NCBI GenBank assembly: GCA_964636285.1
Contig: CAZWQF010000004.1
Location: 67,666-131,665, forward strand
Reading direction: 5' to 3'
From: an uncultured Candidatus Saccharibacteria bacterium
GTDB lineage: Bacteria > Patescibacteriota > WWE3 > UBA101185 > 2-01-FULL-41-18
Length of the DNA: 64,000 bases
This document shows, piece after piece, positions 39,402 through 48,700 of this stretch. The position numbers were made by a program, and so were the translations under genes. Within the stretch, counting starts at the first letter, position 1, and each line of letters opens with the position of its first letter. The notes beneath the pieces are model-generated. The model ran no database searches. It saw only the letters and a list, made by a program, of their open reading frames with translations, and was not told the DNA's origin.

Positions 39402-39429
39402 AAGTATCCTAAGCTATATTTAAGCTTCA

Positions 39430-40500
39430 CTATTGAACTTTTGAGTTGTTGATTTGTTTTTTGATGTAAGCTCCAAGAACAAACTTAAAGAGTACAAAAC
39501 CAATTATCAAAACTCCTAATATGATGGCGATCAATGTGTAAGGAATTACCCAGAATGTGGTTACTCCTTCTATCAGGACATCTTTATTACCGCCGTCAAA
39601 TACAAGCTTCATTTCTGCGCTGTATTTTCCAAATCTGAACGAGGTCAGCTTGTTTAGGTTAAAAGTAAGCTTTGTAACTGGATTTCCATTTTTATCAAGC
39701 CTTACTTCCCCGTTCTCTGTTACAGGCTCTCTGACAAAGAACCCATCTTTCCAACCTGTTTCAAAGCTTCTCTGTGAGTCAGGAAGAATTCTTCCATTCT
39801 CAGAATTTACTTCAATAATTCCAATGTCTTTTCCACCTGATTCTTTTTTGATGAATATATTTCCTCTTGGTCTGATATGTACATTTCCAGTATTTCTTAG
39901 GGTAGCAACAAACTCTACAGGAAGATACTCATTAATATTGTTTTTTGGTTTAAAATCTAAAAGCTGAGCAGAGGAAACTGCCCCGTCCTTCACTACTGCA
40001 ACAAGAAGCGGAACGCCCACTTCACCTGAAAGTGCTGTCTGACCATCCTGAACATCTGGAGACTGAGTCTTTTTAAAAGTAACCATGTAGTAATAACCAA
40101 ACGCAGCGTCAGAAGGGACATCAAGCGTAAAATTAATATTTCCCCACTCCCCAGGCTTAATGACAATCTCCGGATTTTCAAACTTCACCCAACTAATGTA
40201 TTCATCCAGAGCAGAGGGCTCTAAGACATCAATTTTCTCATCTTTTGAAACAAGCTTTTTTACTGTTGCAGTAAGGGAAAGATCTCCTCTTGTGTTATTT
40301 CTAATTTTTATTTTATCCGAAATAGATACACCAGGTTCAACCCTTAGATCCAAGAATACTGGCGAAATTGTAACATCAACACCCTGCTGAGCTTCCTGAG
40401 CTTGTGTGAAACTTAAGAATCCAAGAAAGAAAACTGTTGAAAGGAGTGCCCCGGTTAATACTTTTTTGACGTTCGCGTTCTTAGTTGTAAGATGCATCAT
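39430..40500 (-). CDS. Secreted surface protein with C-terminal TM anchor (paralog B)
   Basis: Same architecture as 38346..39401 (signal, ectodomain, C-terminal TM VIPYTLIAIILGVLIIGFVLF). Confidence 0.6.
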   Translation of the reverse strand: MMHLTTKNANVKKVLTGALLSTVFFLGFLSFTQAQEAQQGVDVTISPVFLDLRVEPGVSISDKIKIRNNTRGDLSLTATVKKLVSKDEKIDVLEPSALDEYISWVKFENPEIVIKPGEWGNINFTLDVPSDAAFGYYYMVTFKKTQSPDVQDGQTALSGEVGVPLLVAVVKDGAVSSAQLLDFKPKNNINEYLPVEFVATLRNTGNVHIRPRGNIFIKKESGGKDIGIIEVNSENGRILPDSQRSFETGWKDGFFVREPVTENGEVRLDKNGNPVTKLTFNLNKLTSFRFGKYSAEMKLVFDGGNKDVLIEGVTTFWVIPYTLIAIILGVLIIGFVLFKFVLGAYIKKQINNSKVQ

Positions 40501-40544
40501 AAATCATAATTGCGGGGCAGAGCGCTTTAAACCTAATCTAATAA

Positions 40545-41618
40545 TTAAAACCTACCCGCTGCTACTACAGTGAGTACGTCTGTGTAATCTGTGGCTGCTG
40601 CTGTAACGGCTGAGATTGTGGCTCTTGCAGTAAGCGTGAGCACATCACCATCAGTGGTTCCATTTGACCTTGCAATTGGCTGAAAGTTTGTTGAAAGTGT
40701 ACCACCACCTGATGCAGTTCCTACATACTCTGCACCATAACCTGCTGGCTGTGATACAGTACCGTCTCCTGTAGCACTGTCTGTTGTTATATCAACATCA
40801 AGGACGTAGCCATTAGTGCCTGTAGACAAAACTGAAGGTGTGTCATCAACTGAGCCTGTTGTTCCAATTGTTTCACCTGTAATGGTGGAGGAAAGACCAA
40901 CGTTTGCACTTCTAACCCAAGCTATCCAACCATTTTGAGCATTTGTTGCCATTGTTGCTGTTCTGCCGTTTGTAGAGACCACGGCGGATGATGAGAGGTT
41001 GGATGTGAACGTATCGGTACTATTACTCAATGAGAAAGAGAACGTAGATGGTACTGTAGCTGTTATAGTAATCTGATCACTTGACACCGTGGCTGTTGCC
41101 CAAGTTGACTGATCAATTGTTGCCGCTGCACCTGTCCTTGTAGTAATGGTGCCTGTTCTATCTGAACCTGTTGTCCCTGGGTTTGTAAGTGTAGAAGTTC
41201 CAGTAAAATTAAAACAATAGGTTGTACCTACGGAAAGTTCACCACTTGGGAAGGTAACTACATTTCCTGTAACATCTGTAGCAGTTCCAATACCTACCCA
41301 GGCAGAAGTACCTGAAGGTAAGTCTGTAGTAGTAACTGTCCAGTTAGTATCAGTAGGGTTGACTGTAAAAGACGCCGGAAACTCAACTTGAACATCGGCT
41401 TCAGTATTTGCTGTATTAGGCCTTGCACAAACTGTCCCACCTGTGGCCTGTGAGGTATTCATCCTGTCTAGTCTTACATATGCTTCTTGAAAGATTGCGT
41501 GTGAATCATTTGAAAGCCATCCAAAATAATATGATGTAGAAAGCATTAAACCGGCAATAATTGGGGCGACCTTTAGGGAATTTTTTAAAATTTGTTTTTT
41601 GGTGCAGGTATTTCTCAT
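40545..41618 (-). CDS. Secreted Thr/Ser-rich surface protein
   Basis: Signal/TM at the N-terminus, T/S/G-rich beta repeats. C-terminus ...TDYTDVLTVVAAGRF is shared with the next gene. Confidence 0.55.
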   Translation of the reverse strand: MRNTCTKKQILKNSLKVAPIIAGLMLSTSYYFGWLSNDSHAIFQEAYVRLDRMNTSQATGGTVCARPNTANTEADVQVEFPASFTVNPTDTNWTVTTTDLPSGTSAWVGIGTATDVTGNVVTFPSGELSVGTTYCFNFTGTSTLTNPGTTGSDRTGTITTRTGAAATIDQSTWATATVSSDQITITATVPSTFSFSLSNSTDTFTSNLSSSAVVSTNGRTATMATNAQNGWIAWVRSANVGLSSTITGETIGTTGSVDDTPSVLSTGTNGYVLDVDITTDSATGDGTVSQPAGYGAEYVGTASGGGTLSTNFQPIARSNGTTDGDVLTLTARATISAVTAAATDYTDVLTVVAAGRF

Positions 41619-41735
41619 AGTTAAGAACTATCGTAAGCAGTTACAAACTTGTTGTCAACAACTTTGTAATAAATTTTGGAACATAGACAAATATCTATAC
41701 TCAAAAACCTTTAAACACCGCTGTAAAAGCAAATA

Positions 41736-42932
41736 CTAAAAAGCTGACGATGCAACCACCGTGATAACATCTGAATAGTCTGTAGATGCCGGAGTAACAG
41801 CTGTGACTTTTGCTTTTAGCTCAAAACTTGCTCTTCCTGATGTTACAGGCTGGGCGTTTGAGTCAAACATCAATCTTTTTTCCGTGTCTATTGGACCCAC
41901 AATATCCCCTCCCCCGTTGTAGGGTGCCGCTATCTGCATAGGACCTCCAGAGGCTTCATCTACAGAAACGCCTTTTGCACCATAACCTTCAGACAGACTT
42001 GTGAGATTTCCTGTAACAGTTCCAATCGTGTGAGTTGTTGCTTCACTTAATAGTCCAGTGTTTGTTCCATAAACGTACACAGCCCCTCCAGCCATTCCGT
42101 TAGTTGATACATCAACCCAAACCTTATCTGGAGATGTAACAACTGAATCCGCTGTAAGATTTCCTATGTTTAGCTCAAAAGGAGGTTCGTTATCTGTATC
42201 CGTGGGCGCTACATCTATATCAAAGGTAAGCTTTGTAATTGAAGTAACGGCAGAAGCAGTGGGTCCAAATCCCGATTCGGTATCGGCGCCTCTTTTTGCA
42301 GCAACTTTAACTGAATAAGTTGTGCCAGGAAGAAGGTCTATTATGTAAAAACCAGACGCGCCTCCCCAAGTGGTGTAATCCTGCCAATCTTCGACTCCCA
42401 ATGTTGTGTTAACAGTGTTATCACTCTGCACATATCTTGTATCCGAAACAAAGTTATCAGCGGATATTGCTATGGCATATAAAGCATCTGATGGGTTTGC
42501 ACCAGTATTTATAATCAACTGAAGCCTGTTGTAGTTATCATCGGTATTTGTAAGCGAAGGGGCTGGCGGGACATTTGCCATCATTGTGTATAAAAGACCT
42601 CCTCCAATCTTGTAAGCTCCTGATGCGGACTGGCCTGCTTGAAGTTCGCCTGTGACGCCAAGAATTGAGTAGTTTGATGAAGAAACCGAATCCCCTCCCC
42701 CACCAAAGCTGTAATCTTTTAATTCATATGTTGAACTTGAAGGCCCTGCAAATACTGTGTGCAAAAAGCTAGATACGGGCATTCCTGAAAAATAAAATAA
42801 AGTGGAGGTCAGTAAATAAAAAACAACAACCTTTTTTGCCTTTCTTTTAATGGAAGTTTTGGATTTAATAACAGGATTTTTGACTTTAGAGTCAAGTTTG
42901 CTACTTCTGACTTGGTGATTGAGCAGGAACAT
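41736..42932 (-). CDS. Secreted surface protein with FN3-like domain
   Basis: N-terminal TM/signal; FN3-like segment (PGTTYSVKVAAK); C-terminus ...TDYSDVITVVASSAF paralogous to 40545..41618. Confidence 0.55.
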   Translation of the reverse strand: MFLLNHQVRSSKLDSKVKNPVIKSKTSIKRKAKKVVVFYLLTSTLFYFSGMPVSSFLHTVFAGPSSSTYELKDYSFGGGGDSVSSSNYSILGVTGELQAGQSASGAYKIGGGLLYTMMANVPPAPSLTNTDDNYNRLQLIINTGANPSDALYAIAISADNFVSDTRYVQSDNTVNTTLGVEDWQDYTTWGGASGFYIIDLLPGTTYSVKVAAKRGADTESGFGPTASAVTSITKLTFDIDVAPTDTDNEPPFELNIGNLTADSVVTSPDKVWVDVSTNGMAGGAVYVYGTNTGLLSEATTHTIGTVTGNLTSLSEGYGAKGVSVDEASGGPMQIAAPYNGGGDIVGPIDTEKRLMFDSNAQPVTSGRASFELKAKVTAVTPASTDYSDVITVVASSAF

Positions 42933-43140
42933 AAGCCTATATTCTACTACATCTGTAAAGTAGAATTTTTACTACCAATACATAATAGCACATTGAGTTT
43001 TTTAACTCAGAACCCATAAAGATTAAAAGATTTATTGAGTACATTTAACTTATCAAAATTAAAGAAAGTGCGGGCTTTGCCCGCACTTCTTGGTTAACTC
43101 TTTAATAATCTTCATTATTTAATCACGATATTTTGATCAA

Positions 43141-43155
43141 TGCAACTTAGTTGCA
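43141..43155. promoter_or_regulatory. Perfect 15-bp palindrome TGCAACT-t-AGTTGCA overlapping the -35 region of the micro-ORF promoter (candidate operator)
   Basis: Palindrome read directly from the sequence. TTGCAC with a -10-like TATTAT/TATGTT lies downstream, ~60 nt upstream of the ATG at 43215. Confidence 0.45.
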
Positions 43156-43214
43156 CAGATTTATTATTTATGTTATCTTAGCAACACCGGAGACCCAACG
43201 AAAGGAGAAAAACC

Positions 43215-43292
43215 ATGACGCGCATCAATGTGTCGCAGTGCAAGAACTGCGGCGACTCCAGCTGCTCGGGCTGCGGTGGCGGCGATAACTAA
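43215..43292 (+). CDS. 25-aa Cys/Gly/Ser-rich micro-protein MTRINVSQCKNCGDSSCSGCGGGDN (two CxxC pairs)
   Basis: Strong SD AAAGGAG 7 nt upstream of the ATG. Codons are almost uniformly GC3-rich (acg cgc atc gtg tcg cag tgc ggc ...), unlike the flanking AT3-rich genes. A hairpin plus T-run lies downstream (43294-43376). Confidence 0.5.
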   Translation: MTRINVSQCKNCGDSSCSGCGGGDN

Positions 43293-43399
43293 GCCCCACA
43301 AGCGCTGAGCACTGCCTCACCCAACGCTATCTAAAGGATCACGGGATCAACAGGAATAGCATTGGGTGGGGCAAACTTTTTAAAACTAAAATAACTAGT

Positions 43400-44185
43400 A
43401 TGACTTCAAGCACGTTAAATCAAAAAAATATGATTCAGGAGTATGCAAACTATGTAGGTGCTGATGACCTATCGCCAAAAACAGTACAAAAAGGTGTGAA
43501 GATATATAACAAACTTTTAAAAGATCAAAGTCTAGTCAATGCTGGGATAAGCCTAAAAGCAGACTCCAAAATGCAGAACGCAATTCTATCAATTCTTACT
43601 GGAATGTCTGCTGAAACAGGAGCGAACAACGGATCATTTAATAACCTGACTCTTGAGCAAGTAAAACTTTTAAGCCGAGTAATTGAAAAGGAAACTGGGG
43701 GAAATTGTTACATCAACAGAGCTCAAGAAAAACCATACCTGGTCACTTATGCTATTAACACTGCAAGGTTTATAAAAACAATTAAAAGGTATCCAAACTA
43801 TTTTAAATTCTTAAACCAGTTTGCAGATAAGAAGCGGTACAGCCTAAGTCAATTCAGGACCTTTATTGATAGTTCGTCCTCAAAATGGTACGTGCATTTC
43901 AGAGAAAGAAACCAAAATAAGGAATCCTTAATTAGGTATGGCCTTCTGAGCGGCTACCCCCTCCAAGCTACAATTAGCTTTTTTGACATGGAATCCCTGC
44001 CTCACCACGTAGTTCAACTACCATTTGGGGGCTACATTGGATTTAATAAAGAAATTGACAATATTTTTGCAGAGAAGAGGTTTATCATGGTCAAGGATGC
44101 TTACAATTCATTTAGTGACACTTGGAACAAAGACCAAAAAACTCAATTGCATGATCTTCAGCCTCAAAACCGGAATTTACTTTAA
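43400..44185 (+). CDS. Hypothetical protein
   Basis: 261-aa ORF; its 3' end overlaps the convergent Fur-family gene by ~74 nt; no recognisable motif. Confidence 0.4.
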   Translation: MTSSTLNQKNMIQEYANYVGADDLSPKTVQKGVKIYNKLLKDQSLVNAGISLKADSKMQNAILSILTGMSAETGANNGSFNNLTLEQVKLLSRVIEKETGGNCYINRAQEKPYLVTYAINTARFIKTIKRYPNYFKFLNQFADKKRYSLSQFRTFIDSSSSKWYVHFRERNQNKESLIRYGLLSGYPLQATISFFDMESLPHHVVQLPFGGYIGFNKEIDNIFAEKRFIMVKDAYNSFSDTWNKDQKTQLHDLQPQNRNLL

Positions 44186-44576
44186 ACCCCTCTTCAAGGC
44201 CTTTGATACATTTTTCTAACTCCTCAGAATGAAAATCTAAAACACATCCGCAGCTTTTACACACCAAATGATGGTGATGCTCAAGAGAGGCAAGTTCGTA
44301 CATCTTTTTTTCGCCTGATAAAACCACCTCTTTTAGCACCCCTCTGGTCAAAAGCTTATCAATCTCTCTATAAACACTAGTCTTATTAATCTTTTTCCCG
44401 CTTTTGCTTAGTGCTTGCAGAATCTCAGAAGCCGAAACTGGTTTTCCTGAGGCTACAAATTTATATAGCACGTAACACCTTAATGATGAGTGATTTAGAC
44501 TACTTTCATTTAAGATACGCTGGATCTTTTTTTCAATTTGAGCTTTACTCGATTTTTGACTGACTTCATTTTTCAT
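44112..44576 (-). CDS. Fur-family metalloregulator (Fur/Zur/PerR)
   Basis: N-terminal wHTH and C-terminal metal site HHHHLVCKSCGCV...GLCSKCH, typical of Fur proteins. Confidence 0.8.
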   Translation of the reverse strand: MKNEVSQKSSKAQIEKKIQRILNESSLNHSSLRCYVLYKFVASGKPVSASEILQALSKSGKKINKTSVYREIDKLLTRGVLKEVVLSGEKKMYELASLEHHHHLVCKSCGCVLDFHSEELEKCIKGLEEGFKVNSGFEAEDHAIEFFGLCSKCH

Positions 44577-44612
44577 AGCAGCTCAGACTAAAACACAAAA
44601 GAGTACGAACAA

Positions 44613-45602
44613 CTACAACTTAATGTAGTACACTGACCGCCCTTTCCCATGAGGGGCAATAAGGCCCATATCTGCAAGTCTGGCAAGGTCTCTTGATGCA
44701 GTTATCTGTGAAACATTAAATTTTGACTGAACCATTCTATTTGTAACCGAAAGCCCAGGATCCTCAAAAAGCTTAAGAACTTTCTTTTGCCTCTCGTTTA
44801 AATCCCAAAACTCACCACCAGCACTTGAAATAGTCTCATCTTTGGCAATGTTTCTTAATGCCTTCTCTAGGCTCAAAGTCATGGAGTGTATAAAAAATTC
44901 AAGCCATTCGTTTAAGTTTCCACTTTTGAGCGCACTTTGTATCCCACCGGGCAAAATTGACGGGTTTGAAAGGAATTCTTCAATAACAAGAAGTCTTCTG
45001 ACATCGTAACCCTCTTTGTACAAGAAAATGTACGTTAGCAATAGGTTTATTCTGTTGCTAAGTTGACCGAATGGAGCCATGTTACCAAGGTAAATGTAAG
45101 ATACAGCAGATTTAACAACTGGATGGTCGTTGCCTGATTGAAGATACTTCAAAAGCCTCTCCAAGGACTTCTCAAAAATATCGTATTTAACAAAATCTTT
45201 CTTCTGATCTTTTGGAAGTAAGCTATTAAGCCTCTCAAACATCTGAAGGACGGTGGCTACAGTTACCTCGTTTTTGGATGCTTTCCAATCTAAAAAGATG
45301 TCAAAAAGCTCATCTTTGTAGGATTGAAGCAGGAAGACCTGAAGATTTAGTGCCTGATTTGAGCCGTTTTTTGAGTCCGCGCTCATCAAAATCTTTGCCA
45401 GCTTCTCTTTTGACTGGATGACCTGGTTCCCAGCTAAAACAGTGTCCATAGAAAAATACATCCTATCAAGCATAGCCTCCCAAGCTAATGAAGCTTCCAC
45501 TCTTGGGTTGATGTTTTTAGTCAAAATCTGGTTTTTTAGGCTGTCCAGCTCCTTAAGCTGTTCTTTAATCGAAGAATTGATGTTATAGGATAACGTTAAC
45601 AC
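44613..45602 (-). CDS. Fic-fold protein with degenerate active-site motif and C-terminal winged-helix domain
   Basis: HPVVKSAVSYIYLGNMAPFGQLSNRINLLLTYIFLYKEGY aligns with the Fic core HPxxxxAxxH....IHPFxDGNGRxGRLL. The catalytic His is replaced by Ala and the GNGR motif is absent. A C-terminal wHTH (SQITASRDLARLADMGLI) is present. Confidence 0.6.
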   Translation of the reverse strand: MLTLSYNINSSIKEQLKELDSLKNQILTKNINPRVEASLAWEAMLDRMYFSMDTVLAGNQVIQSKEKLAKILMSADSKNGSNQALNLQVFLLQSYKDELFDIFLDWKASKNEVTVATVLQMFERLNSLLPKDQKKDFVKYDIFEKSLERLLKYLQSGNDHPVVKSAVSYIYLGNMAPFGQLSNRINLLLTYIFLYKEGYDVRRLLVIEEFLSNPSILPGGIQSALKSGNLNEWLEFFIHSMTLSLEKALRNIAKDETISSAGGEFWDLNERQKKVLKLFEDPGLSVTNRMVQSKFNVSQITASRDLARLADMGLIAPHGKGRSVYYIKL

Positions 45603-45765
45603 CTCTTAATCTTATCCTAATCATGTCAAAGTGTCAAATAATTTGTTTTCTTGTATTTTAGGCTTAAAAATAACACTTATATAAGATTAAGATAAGATAA
45701 TGTTCAAGCCACTTAACCCTTGACAAGCTAAAGATAAGAATATTTAATAATAAGTAAGGTTGTAG

Positions 45766-48700
45766 ATGAGCCGAACTAAGCCTATTTATAGGCTACCACT
45801 GCCCAGTTTAATTACGAACACTCGTGCCCTTGCAGAAAAACACATAAAAGGGTTGGGGTCTTTTTATACAATTTTAGCCTCTGTAAGTTTATTTTTCCTT
45901 ATAGCTACAACCTTTATAGCTTTTAACACCTCCTTACTCCGTAGTGCTAACGCTGCTACTGGTATAAATAGGCAAATTTCCTTTCAAGGTAAGGTTGTAA
46001 ACATTAACGGCACAAATGTAACTAACGGAAACTATAATTTTGTCTTCCGAATATACACTGTAGATACTGGAGGGTCCCCAATCTGGACAGAAACCAGAAC
46101 AGGAGGAAATCAGCTAACAGTGACTGATGGTATTTTTAGAGCTAGCCTTGGCTCAGTAACATCTCTCCCAGGCTCAATAGACTTTAACACCGACAATATT
46201 TACCTAAGCGTTGAGTTCAACACAACCGATGGCACAAACGAAATGAGTCCTAGAATTCGTTTTTCTGCTGTCCCGTACGCTATCAACGCTGAAAAAGTCT
46301 CAGGACTGACCGTAACAAACACAACAGGTACTTTAACGATTCCAAACTCAAAGACCCTTTCGATTGCAGACGATTTTTCAACGTCTGGTGCATTTGGACT
46401 AACTTTAACCACCACTGCATCTACCAATGTAACCCTACCCACTACAGGGACGCTTTCAACGCTTGCAGGCACTGAGATTCTTACAAATAAATCCATAGGG
46501 TCAACAGGACTAGTATTCTCTGGAGCTACTACGGATATAACTACAGCAACTGATGAGGACTTCACTGTGACCGTCAACGGAACTGGAGATTACATAATAA
46601 ACACGGATGCAGACACCCAGTTTAGACTTGCTGGGCTTGCTAACTGCGACAGCATTGACACTGACGCAAGTGGAAATCTTGCTTGCGGAACTGATGCAGG
46701 AGCCTCATCTTCCCCATTTAATACTGCAGTCGGCGTTATTGATAAGGCAACACTTGGAGATAGATTAAGGCTTAGATACGGAGATGTGGCGGACACACAG
46801 CTTGAGATCGAAAACACATTCCTTGGGTCTGCTCCAACAGCAGATGCAATGGTGATTGACCTTACAGGAGGCGCATCGGGTATTGTAACAAACGGGGTTG
46901 ATGCTCTTTCTATTTCAGCCGAATTTGGAAACGGAACTTCAAGCACAAATTCAGGTTTAAATATAATAATCACGCCTGTTGGATCCCCAACCGGCGACGA
47001 AACATTTTACGGATTGAACATTGCAACTTTAACCGGTACAAGCGCAACAGAAACAGCGGTAAACATTGGTGCGGGCTGGGACACTGGAATTAATTTAAAC
47101 GCTAATACACTTGTAAATATTGGTGATTCAGGTACAGACTTTACCCCAACTGGCGGGCTAACACTGGCCGGAGCTCTTCAGATTAACAACACCATAAATG
47201 CAACCGGAACCGCAACATTTGACGGGACTTTAGACGCCAACGGAATTTTTACTTTAGGCGATGGGGCCGAAATCGGCACAATTGACACTTCCGACTGGGA
47301 TATATCACTTACAGGAGACTTAACAGGTATCAGCTTTGACGCTAACGGAACAGGAAACTCAATCACAAACATTGAGTCAGCGGACATTCTTGATGGTACT
47401 ATTGCTCCTACAGACCTTAATCTAACAACTTCCGACTCCCCTAACGATGAGGACTGTCTAACTTTTGAAAATTCGACTACAGACTTTGAATGGCAAACAT
47501 GCCAGGTTTCCTGGAATAATTTAACAGCCCCTTCCGACAATCTTTCATTATCAATGGCTTCAAATACAACAACTTTTACATGGGGTAATGCAACAGGAGC
47601 CAGCGATATGTTCACTCTAACAGACACTACAAATAATACCGGAACTGGAGCAGTATTTAGTGTTAGCACTGCATCAGGCTCAACTGCTACACCTTTTGAG
47701 GTTTCAGCTCAAGGAAACCCTGCAATAACCGTGAGCAGTAGAGCAAATGTGGGAATTAAAAACATAAATCCACAAGAAGCTCTTGAGGTTGGAAATGACA
47801 CAACTAGAGCTAATATGAAAATATATGGGGACATACTTAAAGATGGATATATTGATTCTACAGGTTTAGCAAATGTTACTGATGTTTTTATTTACGACAC
47901 AACAAGAGACAGCGATGGAGGAGCATGGACTAATGGAACAATAGCTCAAGGACTTTCCTGGTATACCGAGACAAAAGATAATACAAGTACAGCATGCAGT
48001 ATCACAACTGATGATAGATGCGGTAGAAGCGAATTCCCAAAAAAAGCCTTAATTATTTCAACACCAAGCGCCGCATACATCTTTGATGCAAGAGATAATA
48101 CAATGTGGATGAAATTCAACCAGAATTCTGCTGGCTACGCTATTGGGGTGGATACAAACAACAACCCGACCGGAGTATTTGCGCTAAATGGGACCGTTTA
48201 CATTGGAATGAATGGTAGCGCTGCTAGCGGTCTGTACGCTATTAATTTTACAAATGACACTCTACTTAATTACGACTCAGTTGATAGAACCCAGGGAGAT
48301 AAAAACATTGCAAACAGGAATTCTGCAGTGAGCTACGCCACTAATGCTAATACAGCTTTTTCAATCACAGACAACATTGTAAATGATGTACATGGTGCGG
48401 TAATTTTTGGATCCACCACTGCGGGTAGCCCTCTGAATGGAGGTACCTTTATTGCGGCCGCAACAGACTCGGGCACCGCTGTAATAAACTTAACTGCTGG
48501 AAGAGTAATACGGTATGCAGGTACAACAATCACAAATGATATAAATCAGGTTTGGTTAACACGAAGAGGAAGGCTTTACCAGACAAATGAAGCGTTGTTA
48601 CAGGTTGAAAGATTTAATGATATAGAAGCTGATACAGCAAACCAAACTTCAGCAGACGATATTTATGACGAACAGTCAGCAAATGTACCTCACTTGGCAA

